Positions 35,201 to 45,061 are shown, counted from the first letter of the stretch. The stretch is 64,000 nucleotides of DNA from an uncultured bacterium (GCA_963790795.1 CAWBPO010000001.1:38675-102674), one strand, 5' to 3'. Notes: generated from the sequence alone by a model not told the origin. Numbers and translations: made by a program.

Positions 35201-38200
35201 ATAATCTCCCCCGATTAAAACGCTGTTTCCAAATTTGGCGCTTTGATTAACAAGAAGTGAACCATCAGTAATAATATCTCCTTCAATCCCAAGAAAACCG
35301 GCTACAAATAAGTCATTGTTATCGGGGTTGAAGGAAATATCACTAAGTCGGGCGAATTTAAGGTCGTAGTTACTATTATTATAGTAACTAATCCTAGCGT
35401 AACCATCATCAGGGCTGATGGCGAGAGAGGTGTCATGTCCTACATCACCTGCTGAGTCAACGGTGGTGATGCTCTTGGTTGAGCAGTCATCATTGGTGCA
35501 CTGGACGAATTTGAGGTCGCCGTTGCCATCATCATAATAACTAATCCTAGCATAGCCATCATCAGGGCTGATGGCGAGAGAGGTGAATTCGCCTACATAA
35601 CCTGCTGAATCAACAGTGGTGATGTTCTTGGTTGAGCAGTCATTATTGGTGCACTGGACGAATTTGAGGTCGTAGTTGTCATAATCACAATAACTAATCC
35701 TGGCAAATCCGTCAGAACCAAGAGCCAAGGAGGGAAAGGGCCCTACAAAACCTGCTGAATCAACAGTGGTGATGTTATTTTCTGAGCAGTCAGCATTGGT
35801 ACATTGGACGAATTTAAGGTCATTACTACTACTATCATAATAACTAATCCTGGCAAGGTTTTCAGAATCTAAAGCTAAGGAGGTGCCCCCTAGAGAAACA
35901 GAATCAACGGTGGTGATGTTCTTGGTTGAGCAGTCATCATTGGTGCACTGGACGAATTTAAGGTCGTAGTTACTATTATCATAGTAACTAATCCTGGCAA
36001 AGCCGTCAGAACCCAGAGCTATTGAGGTATAGCTTCCTACTAAACCAGCTGAGTCAACGGTGGTGATGCTCTTGGTTGAGCAGTCATCGTTGGTGCACTG
36101 GACGAATTTGAGGGCACTATTGCTAAGATCATAGTAACTAATCCTGGCATAGCCGTCGTCAGGGCTGATGGCGAGAGAGGTGTATTCGCCTACATCACCT
36201 GCTGAGTCAACGGTGGTGATGTTCTTGGTTGAGCAGTCATCATTGGTGCACTGGACGAATTTGAGGTCTTCGTTGTCATAATCACAATAACTAATCCTGG
36301 CAAATCCGTCAGAACCTAAAGCTAAGGAGGTGTCTCTCCCTACATCACCTGCTGAATCAACAGTGGTGGTAAAAATTGGCGAAGCGGAACTGGTAATTGT
36401 ATTGCTGTTCCCGCCGAGAAAAGTATTACCTATAACTGTAAGTTTCTCCGCCGGCTCCGTCGTCCCGATGCCGATATTTGTTCCTAATTGGTAGATAGTT
36501 GATGTGCCAAGGGCGGTGTCAGAAGTCCAGAGAGGAAGATAATTTGTTTGTCCTCCAGAAATTGTTGGAGCTGTAGTTGTTCCCCAGACGCCCGCATCAA
36601 TATACGGAACACCTGTCCAGGAGATAGTGCTTGTTCCTGTGCCGCCGTAGGCTGAGCCAATTGCCGTACCTTTCCAAACGCCCGTGGTGATGTCGCCGTT
36701 GTTGGCAATGGTGAAGATGCTGCTTGTGGCGTTGCTGAAATTGGCAATTGTTCCTGTTTCAGACTGGATAACGGTTAGGGCTGTGTTAGCGGAAGCGGCT
36801 TTAATGTTGAAAATATATTCTTCGGTGGCGCCGGCACCGGTTCTGTTGCCGTAAATAACCGTCCCTGTCCCCGAATTATTGAAAGAACCCGTGCCGAAGT
36901 CGTCGTCATAAATGTCATTATTGACAACCAAATTTCCGTCAGACGCGGCATCAGAAATATTAATCCCGTAGCGCGGCACGTTAGCCAACGCCCCGGCCCG
37001 ACAGGTGTTACCCTGAATGTTATTGTGGTCCGATTCAGATAGGTAAATATCATCATAAGTATTATCAGTGTCTTGTGAATTTTCGGTTAAGGTATTGTCA
37101 GAGATAGTGTTGTTATCGCTAGTGTAAAGGTAAATTCCGTATGAGCCATTCTCCTGACATGTGTTGCCTAAGATGGTGTTGTTGTTGGAGGTGTCCTCAA
37201 TGTCAATGCAAATATCGCCATTCCCCTGGCTGGTGTTGCCTGAGATGGTGTTGTTGTTGGAGGTGTGAAGTTCAATACCAGCACTACTGTTCCCCTGGCT
37301 GGTGTTGCCTGAGATGGTATTGTTGTCGGAGGCATAAATTGTAATGCCATTTTCATTCCCCTGGCAAGTATTGCCTGAGATGATGTTGTTGTCGGAGGTG
37401 TCAAGTGCAATGCCGTCGCCATTCCCCTGGCTGGTGTTGCCTATTAACGTGTTGTTGTTGGAGGCGTTAAGATTAATACCACTACCATTTTCCTGGCAGG
37501 TATTACCTATTAGCGTATTAAAATCTGAAAGTTCAAGATAGATACCATCCCAGTAGCCGTCAGATGGTGCCTGGTTTCTTCTTGAATGCACATTCTGGAT
37601 AAAACTGTAGTCTACATATGAAAATAATATACTGGCGTCGCTTAAATAAGAGGTGCCGCCGTCTAATTGAAGGTCGGTTATGATTATCCCTGTTTTTTCC
37701 GTACCGGCTCCGCCTACAGCGCTTAAAAATATAAGACCATCGGTTGAGGTAGTGAGGATGGTATTTCTGCCGTCTCCTCTGAGAGTTTGGTTAGAATCTA
37801 AATTAATAGTGGCTTCAACGTTGTAAGTTCCATCAAGGAGGCGGACTTCTCCGCCAGTAGCCGGCAAAGCGTCAATCGCCGCTTGTATCTGTACATGGTC
37901 GTCTACGCCATCACAGACATAATCTGCTTTTTCTTTGTTCTGAGAATCATTAGCTGCTACAATCTTTGTCACCACCGTTCTGTCTGCCTGCCATTTACTG
38001 CTATCAAAAATATAAAGCTGGTGAGTACTGGTGCTGAAAAACATCTGGCCTTCAGCAGCAGTAGAGGTAGCTGGTAAGGTTCCAGCGCCAGTTAATCTAA
38101 GCCATTTGTCAGCCGCTAAAGTAACATTGCCTACGATACTGACATTTCCTCCATCTGCAATAGTAAAGACTGGGGTTCCAGCATCTTTGAATTCTACAAT

Positions 38201-38413
38201 GTTGCCATTTCCTGATTGATTGACGGTTAGGGCGGCAGCAGTTGAAGAAATTGAAATTTCTTTCTTTTCTTCTAATTTTACTGTGGCAGTATCTAATTCA
38301 TAATAAAAATTGGCGGCAAAAACCAAACCAGCCACGACTATTCCTGGCAAAATAGCTAAAACAACCCTTTTCCAGGTTTTTTCCCTGTTTAGTTTTAACC
38401 TCCAATTAAACAT
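21838..38413 (-). CDS. Giant modular surface fibre/adhesin (~5,500 aa if a single gene), fragmented into >10 ORFs by frameshifts
   Basis: Single N-terminal signal anchor near 38413; fragment ends are frame-shifted readings of the repeat (e.g. SNSFSAPMMTAQP = shifted LKFVQCTNDDCST); no intergenic gaps; recurrent GNVGIGTT fibre linkers between modules. Confidence 0.75.
23440..25720 (-). repeat. Tandem ~50-aa beta-propeller-like repeats (TTVDS..DVG.Y.SLA...DGFARISYYD....LKFVQCTNDDCST), cassette 2
   Basis: Visible ~150-bp nucleotide repeats with invariant aactaatcctggc and ttggtgcactg cores. Confidence 0.9.
26420..27445 (-). repeat. Tandem repeats WESTDL.SW.QRNVDTG...QWINSIIYDST..KYVAAG (propeller-like)
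   Basis: About 7 copies in ORF 26438-27472. Confidence 0.85.
28550..29540 (-). repeat. LVIVD-type beta-propeller repeats
   Basis: 7 copies of SVYVSGKYAYVAG..S.NLAIVDISNPASPT..GNWDPNDTNVM. Confidence 0.9.
29800..30860 (-). repeat. Propeller repeats SIAIG.DGLPIISY.N..D.DLMITKCGNSACSSGNTTTQI
   Basis: About 7 near-identical ~50-aa units, related to the DGFARISY family. Confidence 0.88.
31000..31865 (-). repeat. Asp-box/BNR-like repeats (STDYGNTWT..W.GVAMSSDGK.QTA)
   Basis: About 7 units in ORF 30293-32896. Confidence 0.88.
34130..36370 (-). repeat. Tandem DGFARISY/CTNDDC propeller-like repeats, cassette 1
   Basis: Two blocks of about 7 repeats separated by the same FNPD.NDLFVAG.LG...SAKFGNSVLIG spacer as in cassette 2. 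Confidence 0.9.
36840..37960 (-). other. Right-handed beta-helix (NosD/pectin-lyase-like) domain of the giant protein
   Basis: ADYVCDGVDDHVQIQAAIDALPATGGEVRLLDGTY followed by GI.L..S.NNTISGNT.QGN repeats. Confidence 0.85.
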
Positions 38414-38552
38414 GCTTATATACTATATATGTATACCGTAAGGGTATAAGGGCGTACTACAATCAAAAAACCACAAGAACTAACACATAAGCCTTGTTAA
38501 ACACGAGTATCGCCGTTTAACTAATCTCTTCTTATACCTCATGCGTTATAAT

Positions 38553-40436
38553 TTAGTTGATTCTATCGTAGGCAGCCAAAAAGATCTGGAAAACTTTGAT
38601 CTTATTATCATCGTAATTGGGTTGAGATTTGACCTCTAACCACCAATCTGTCCCATCGGTAGGAATAGCAACTGTGCCAGTGGTTGTAGCTATTCCTGAA
38701 TCCAAAGCCGAGTTGTCGCAACCGCCTAAAGTGAAGGTGCTGTAAGCAGCGCCGGTAGTTGTGGCTACTCGCCAATCAGTAGTAGAAGCAAGAAGGAGAT
38801 TATCAGTATATCTGATGACGAATTTATGAATTCTGGTTGTTCCTGTCGTAGTTGCAATGAAGGGATAGTCTTGGATAGTCCGAGAAATCTTAACATAACT
38901 GGTAGTAGCGGTCTGGGCGGGCAAATCAAATCCGAAAATCGGAATCATTTCTCGCAAAATCTCGGTATTCTGTTTCCCAATTTCATATCCTGAGGCAGTT
39001 TGAATATAATCACCGCTTCCAAGAGTTATCTTTCCTGAGGCCGGGTCTAAAATAATATCATTGCTTCCGACTGAAGAAATGGTTGTCGTGGCGCCAGAAG
39101 TATACGTAACCGCACCTGTTCCTGTATATAAGGCTGAACTTACTCCTCCACTTCCACTTACTACCAAATTATAGGCAATGGTTGTGGTCCCGGCAGAATC
39201 GATAGTTAAAGCTGTCCCAGTGTAGTTGTCCACGATTGAGGAATCTTCCAATTCTGTAGAGTCTTTCCATCTGGAAACTTTTCCTGCCGTACCCGAACCA
39301 ATAACTGCGCCCGTACCCGTCGCAGCCTTCCAAGTCAAAACACCTGTTCCATCAGTGGTTAAAACATAATTATTGCTGCCAGTATTTGGGGGCAAATAAT
39401 AAGTGGTATTTGCCACCATTGTTGAAGTAGGATTAAAAATGACTTCATAATCAGTTCCGCCTTGTTCTGAGTAAATTCTGAGTTGACCGCTTGTCCCTGC
39501 TATTCCGGTTCTGATTGCGCCCTTCACCTCGAGAGGATAAGTTAAACTATTGGTTCCTATTCCTAATCGATTAGTGCTGTCATCCCAGAAAAAATTGGCA
39601 TTATCTTCGCTAAGAACACCGCCTGCCCCGGCGAAAATAACCCCGCCAGTAGTAGGATTAAACCAGGTTGGAATTCCAGTGCCTCCAGAAACTAATGCCT
39701 GACCAGAAGTACCAGCAGCAGAGATTCCGTAGGTTGAACCTGTCCCATAAACCATTCCTCCAGCAGTGGGAGAAGTGGATGTTCCAGTTCCACCATAAGT
39801 CGTAGCCAAAGGGCTAGTTAATCCAATTACTCCTGCTGCTGATAAGGTAATAGGGGCTGTAGATGAAACTGCCACTGTTCCTGAAGTATCAGGAAGGGTG
39901 TAAGTTCTCGCTCCGGTTAAATTAGCAATAGTTAATTGTCCTCTGCCTTCAGCATCGTAAAACCATAAACTCGTTCCCTGGGTTCCGCCAGAGGTAAAAG
40001 CATCTCCTGAGGTAACATTGCCAACTGCAGTGATATCTCCCACTCCGCCTGTACTCGTGGCTAACTTCCAAGTAAGTTGGTCCCCTGCTTGCCAAGTCAA
40101 AACATAGTCGGCACTTGGAGGATTCACATCGTGCGCAGGAAGATAATAAGTTTTACTTGTAGATATTGTTGTCGTTGCTTCCAGTCCAACATAATAACTT
40201 GTGCCTCCGGTAAATTTCAAGGCTTGGTTTGCTCCAGAAATAATAATATCTTTAGTCACGTTTTGAACTTCCTCCATTACTATTTGTCCTGTGTCAATGT
40301 TGTAGTACATATTGGCCGCAAAAAGAACTCCGGCAGCAATCAACACTGAAGAACCGATAAACAGAAAAGAGGCAAATCTTGTTCCTTTAGCCAGTTTTAA
40401 TTTCGATTCAAAGAATTTTCTAAATGGATTTTTCAT
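38553..40436 (-). CDS. Membrane-anchored fibre-like protein (Thr/Gly-rich, tail-fibre-like motifs)
   Basis: N-terminal TM; RTYTLPDTSGTVA, NFFWDDSTNRLGIGT, VLTTDGTGVLTW motifs; C-terminal domain shared with the upstream gene. Confidence 0.75.
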   Translation of the reverse strand: MKNPFRKFFESKLKLAKGTRFASFLFIGSSVLIAAGVLFAANMYYNIDTGQIVMEEVQNVTKDIIISGANQALKFTGGTSYYVGLEATTTISTSKTYYLPAHDVNPPSADYVLTWQAGDQLTWKLATSTGGVGDITAVGNVTSGDAFTSGGTQGTSLWFYDAEGRGQLTIANLTGARTYTLPDTSGTVAVSSTAPITLSAAGVIGLTSPLATTYGGTGTSTSPTAGGMVYGTGSTYGISAAGTSGQALVSGGTGIPTWFNPTTGGVIFAGAGGVLSEDNANFFWDDSTNRLGIGTNSLTYPLEVKGAIRTGIAGTSGQLRIYSEQGGTDYEVIFNPTSTMVANTTYYLPPNTGSNNYVLTTDGTGVLTWKAATGTGAVIGSGTAGKVSRWKDSTELEDSSIVDNYTGTALTIDSAGTTTIAYNLVVSGSGGVSSALYTGTGAVTYTSGATTTISSVGSNDIILDPASGKITLGSGDYIQTASGYEIGKQNTEILREMIPIFGFDLPAQTATTSYVKISRTIQDYPFIATTTGTTRIHKFVIRYTDNLLLASTTDWRVATTTGAAYSTFTLGGCDNSALDSGIATTTGTVAIPTDGTDWWLEVKSQPNYDDNKIKVFQIFLAAYDRIN

Positions 40437-40504
40437 AGTTATTTAATTATATTAGTTAATTATTTTTTCGACCTTTATAATTTTTTATATTTTTTTCGAC
40501 CTTT

Positions 40505-40533
40505 CCGAGTACATAACTTAGTTATGTGCTCGG
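40505..40533. repeat. Palindromic element, empty form of the GIY-YIG-flanking inverted repeat
   Basis: ccgagtacataac-tta-gttatgtgctcgg; 12-bp arms identical (in reverse orientation) to 45712-45723 and 45966-45977. Confidence 0.85.
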
Positions 40534-40541
40534 TGAATTTA

Positions 40542-42707
40542 TTAAATTTGGTCATAAATTAAAAGAAAAATGCTGAAAATTCGAATGGTATTTCCCGAAG
40601 GAACTTTCACTTTTAGCTGCCAATTGTTTTCTGGGGGTTGGATAAAAATACTCAAATTAGGGATACCTTCATCAAGAGAAGAGAGATTCTGGCCAGCAAA
40701 ATAAAATTCGATATCAGTTCCGCCAGTCAAATCAACCAGCCAAGTAGAACTAGCTGAAGTCGAGATACCGTCAGCAAAATTTGTTAAAAAAGAAAATTTT
40801 CTGGTTGCCCCCGGAAGGATATCGGGTAAAGTAGCATTCAAAGTAGAGGTGGAAATTTCTCTTGAAACGGCGACAAATTCGGTGGAAGTGGTTTGGGCTG
40901 GAACCGAATAGATAAAAATTGGGATGCTGGCTTGAAAAACCTTCTCGCCAGATTTTCTTACTGTCGAGTCGGAAGCTCCTGAAATAAAAGTCGCTCCTTT
41001 TACGGTAGCTGAAGAGGCGTCAAAAAGATTAACGCCACCAGCCAACCTAATTTCACCAGTTAAAGAATTTATTACCATTGTTTTTGAGGATAAAAGTTCA
41101 GACGAGGTTGAGTTAATTAAAAACCTTAAATAATTATTATTGTCGTATTCCAAAGTTAATTGAGGAAAAGTGGAAGTAGCTATAGTAAGAGGACCTTCAA
41201 AGCGCCCATCTCCGGCAACGGTGAGAGTAGCCAAGGTGGAGGTAGTGCCAATTCCTATTGCGGAGCCAGTATTATAAAGAAAATAGTCGGCCAGCCAATT
41301 TGTGCCATTATGTCTTAAAGTTTGACCAGCTGTTCCGGAAGGAAGAACGCCTGAAGGTGCGGATTGCCAAGTTCCAAAACCGAAAGCATCTGAGGTTAAA
41401 ATATAACCTGAAGTGGCATTAGTCGGAAATTGAAAACCAAGCATCTTTATTGTTCCAGCCACATCTAACTTTTGAGATGGAGTGGTGGTGCCTATCCCGA
41501 TATTTCCACCACTTTGAGAAACAATAGAATTTCCTAAAGCGGTTTCCCCGGTCCAGACCGAAAAATAATTGGAAGAGCCCGAACCGCTAATACCAGCAAA
41601 ACCTCCTCCTCCCCCTCCTCCTCCCACCGGCAAAGTGCTTAAACATCTGCCGCCTGCCAAATTAGTACAAATATCACCGGTCGCCTGAATTCTTCCGTTA
41701 ACATCGAGAGCATAAACCGGATCTTTTTTCCCTATACCAACATTCCCTGTCGAAGCGATGGTAATTGAAATTCCCTGATAAAGGTCAACTATAGAAGAAT
41801 CATCAATTCTTTGAGGACTAACAAATTTGGCTAATCTATTGAGAGTACCGCCAGGAGTAAGAACTTCTTCACCTAAACCAACGCAATTACCAGTAGAAAG
41901 ACAAACTATGCCTGATTGATTGGGGAAAGTATAAATCCTGTCAGTAGTGAGAGTAGTCAAAGTAAGAAGCCCTTTAAAACCTCCTTTGGTTATAATAAAA
42001 GCAGGAGAGCTTACGGATTCTTTCACATTTAAAGAACCATTAATAGCCGTTTCGGCATTGATAGTAAGATAAGGTTCAATAGGAGGGGTAACAAGAATTT
42101 CTTCTTGGGGAGGAGAAGGTGACAATTGGGTTAATTTTCTAACTTCGCTGCCTATGCTAGCTAAGAAATAGGAAATTGAATCTACAAAATTAATTTTTGC
42201 GTTTATGTTTATAAAGAAAACAATTAAACCAAAAATTAAAACCATAAATATCGGTTTGAGAAAAGAGGATAATCTGAAATGTGGTTTCAGTTTTTTCTCG
42301 GGTTGAACTTCTTCCTTGATCCCAGAAGGTAAACGAGAAGGTGTGTCATATACATGTATAGGCAAAGACGGAGCAAAAGGCGTTTCAAATAACCTTTCTT
42401 CTAAACTTTCTTTCTTTTTCTCTTCTTTTTCTTTCTCTTCTTTTATTTCTCTTTTTATTGTTTGAATGCTTTTTCCAGCTTTTATTTTCCTATTAATTTC
42501 AATTAAAAGCGCTACCGCATCTTCTGGATAAGCTCCTTCTGGATGATTATTATTAAAAGATTTTCTTTGGGCGTGAGGTAAAAGTCCGATTTTTGTATAA
42601 TAACGCAAGCGGTTCCGAGGATCTCCATTCCCAAAAACAACTCCTAATTTTTGAGCCCGGTTAATAATTTCATCAATACTTATTAAATTTTCATCTTCTC
42701 TCCCCAT
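40542..42707 (-). CDS. MerR-like HTH - transmembrane - fibre-like fusion protein
   Basis: RNRLRYYTKIGLLP...GAYPE..V..L..I......GKSI..IK N-terminus, TM IFMVLIFGLIVFFI, then GNVGIG/GNIGIGTT fibre motifs; start placed at MGRED (ORF track starts at 42761). Confidence 0.7.
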   Translation of the reverse strand: MGREDENLISIDEIINRAQKLGVVFGNGDPRNRLRYYTKIGLLPHAQRKSFNNNHPEGAYPEDAVALLIEINRKIKAGKSIQTIKREIKEEKEKEEKKKESLEERLFETPFAPSLPIHVYDTPSRLPSGIKEEVQPEKKLKPHFRLSSFLKPIFMVLIFGLIVFFININAKINFVDSISYFLASIGSEVRKLTQLSPSPPQEEILVTPPIEPYLTINAETAINGSLNVKESVSSPAFIITKGGFKGLLTLTTLTTDRIYTFPNQSGIVCLSTGNCVGLGEEVLTPGGTLNRLAKFVSPQRIDDSSIVDLYQGISITIASTGNVGIGKKDPVYALDVNGRIQATGDICTNLAGGRCLSTLPVGGGGGGGGFAGISGSGSSNYFSVWTGETALGNSIVSQSGGNIGIGTTTPSQKLDVAGTIKMLGFQFPTNATSGYILTSDAFGFGTWQSAPSGVLPSGTAGQTLRHNGTNWLADYFLYNTGSAIGIGTTSTLATLTVAGDGRFEGPLTIATSTFPQLTLEYDNNNYLRFLINSTSSELLSSKTMVINSLTGEIRLAGGVNLFDASSATVKGATFISGASDSTVRKSGEKVFQASIPIFIYSVPAQTTSTEFVAVSREISTSTLNATLPDILPGATRKFSFLTNFADGISTSASSTWLVDLTGGTDIEFYFAGQNLSSLDEGIPNLSIFIQPPENNWQLKVKVPSGNTIRIFSIFLLIYDQI

Positions 42708-42941
42708 ATACTTATTGAACGTGGAGGCTTGACAAATCTTTTGGTTTCTTTTAAACTTCAAATTAGAAGGCCCGCCATCCCGCCATACAAATTATGGTGA
42801 GACAAAAAAGCGACTAAAAAACTTTTTTCCAACATTTGGCCGTTTTGTGCGGACCTTCTTTTTTTTATACAATTAAATATAGATTCTATATAAATCCTTC
42901 TGAGAAATTTTTCCCGTCACGGGAAATTTTGAGATTAGTTC

Positions 42942-42970
42942 ATAATATAAATACCAAAAGGCTCTGTCAA
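42942..42970 (-). promoter_or_regulatory. Sigma70-type promoter for the fibre operon
   Basis: TTGACA-17 bp-TATTAT on the minus strand. Confidence 0.65.
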
Positions 42971-43126
42971 GGGTAAAATTGTGGAAAACTCTAACAACTA
43001 AACAGTGCAAGAATCCCTATATTCTATATTCCAGATTCCCATTCATAATTCTTCATTCTTGATTCATTATTTATTCTCAATTCTCATTTATTTTTTTAAA
43101 AAACATAAAAACATAGAATTATATAC

Positions 43127-43359
43127 AAAGTTTGAAAATTGAACCATATCTAACTTTGCACGTTCTTATATATAAAGTTTGAAAACTGAACCAGAGATAT
43201 ATTATTATCTTTAAACAATTTAAACAACCTCGGGCTTTGTTCAAAACATACTTTAATAGTTCAATTTTTAAACTTTTTTAAAATATACCAAATTTTAGCG
43301 TGCAGGTTTATCAAAAAGATTGGTTTAAAAATTATACACATAGTTTGAAAAACGAACTA
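43127..43359. repeat. Four ~20-bp boxes, consensus AAAGTTTGAAAAnTGAAC(C/T)A (three direct, one inverted)
   Basis: 43127-43146, 43174-43193, 43257-43276 (inverted), 43340-43359. Confidence 0.75.
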
Positions 43360-43415
43360 AATATGTTATAATTTTAAATGAGACGCTTTTAGCTTTTAAA
43401 CATATAAAATTATCT

Positions 43416-44141
43416 ATGCCTAACGAAATAAAATGCCCAAAATGTTTTAAATCAATTTTTTGGAAAACCAATGATGATCGTTTGAAATGCAAAAACTGCC
43501 ATTATATTTTTACCTTAAGACCCAATCCCCTTAATATTCCAGACAAAATATTAAGCGAGGTTATTTCCGAATTCCTTTTAGAACATTCAACAAATATTAT
43601 TCTAGAAAGAGTAAATATTTCCAAATATAAACTTTTAAAAGTGTTATTTTTTTTAAGAATATTAATAACTAAAGACATTCCCGACAATCTCCGTGAAATA
43701 ATAAAGTTTGATTCGGAAAATTTTACATTAGATAATAAAATCAAAAATCCAATTATCGGCATTCTTTACAAAGAAGAAAAAGTTTATGCTAAAGTTTTAT
43801 CAAATATTAAGCCCGAAGATTTAAAGCTTTTCCTTGGGGCTCAAGAAAAAAAGGAAGTAATTAACTATTCCGAAAATTGGCAAAAATATATCGGCTTGGC
43901 GTTTAGGGGCCGTCTTTATAAAATAACTCCCTCGCAAAATAAAAATCATATTGATGCCCTTGAAACATTCTGGGGATATTTAAAAATGAAGCTATCCTCA
44001 AAAGGAGGAATTCGTAAAGAAAGATTACCTCTTTACCTCGGAGAATATATCTGGAGATACAATCACAGAAAACTAATCTTAAAAGAACAAGGAAAATGCT
44101 TATTAAATCTTGTTTTTCAATATTTTAGGTCCGAAAATTAA
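43416..44141 (+). CDS. IS1595-family transposase-like protein (Zn ribbon plus degenerate catalytic region)
   Basis: CPKC...CKNC; NHIDALETFW...K..L...GGI....LPLYL.E..WRYN.R C-terminal IS1595 signature; other DDE residues not evident. Confidence 0.7.
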   Translation: MPNEIKCPKCFKSIFWKTNDDRLKCKNCHYIFTLRPNPLNIPDKILSEVISEFLLEHSTNIILERVNISKYKLLKVLFFLRILITKDIPDNLREIIKFDSENFTLDNKIKNPIIGILYKEEKVYAKVLSNIKPEDLKLFLGAQEKKEVINYSENWQKYIGLAFRGRLYKITPSQNKNHIDALETFWGYLKMKLSSKGGIRKERLPLYLGEYIWRYNHRKLILKEQGKCLLNLVFQYFRSEN

Positions 44142-44156
44142 AAAAGAGAGTGCCTA

Positions 44157-44241
44157 ATAGCGAATCGAAGATTCGATATATCAAACTCCGGTTTGCTATA
44201 GCGAATCTAAGACTAGATATATCAAACTCCGGTTTGCTATA
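44157..44241 (+). repeat. Two tandem 41-bp double-hairpin repeats
   Basis: atagcgaatcgaagattcgatatatcaaactccggtttgct x2 (second slightly diverged); third copy at 52471-52516. Confidence 0.85.
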
Positions 44242-44299
44242 AGGTTAAAGGTTAAAAAGATTTGGTTGTTTTTTCCATTTTTTTATATATAATAAATAA

Positions 44300-45061
<762 letters not shown>

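Noticed and set aside
23440-36370. Regular ~150-bp repeats as a CRISPR array
   Set aside because: Units are protein-coding propeller blades with codon-structured variation; no repeat-spacer pattern and no cas genes.
23440-37500. Diversity-generating retroelement target/template pair
   Set aside because: No reverse transcriptase in the window, no non-coding template copy seen, and the differences inspected are not restricted to adenines.
43080-43400. Replication origin at the AT-rich strand-switch region
   Set aside because: No cluster of DnaA boxes and no dnaA or rep gene nearby; kept only as an operator-like repeat finding.
44157-44241. 41-bp tandem repeat as a mini-CRISPR
   Set aside because: Copies are directly adjacent with no unique spacer.
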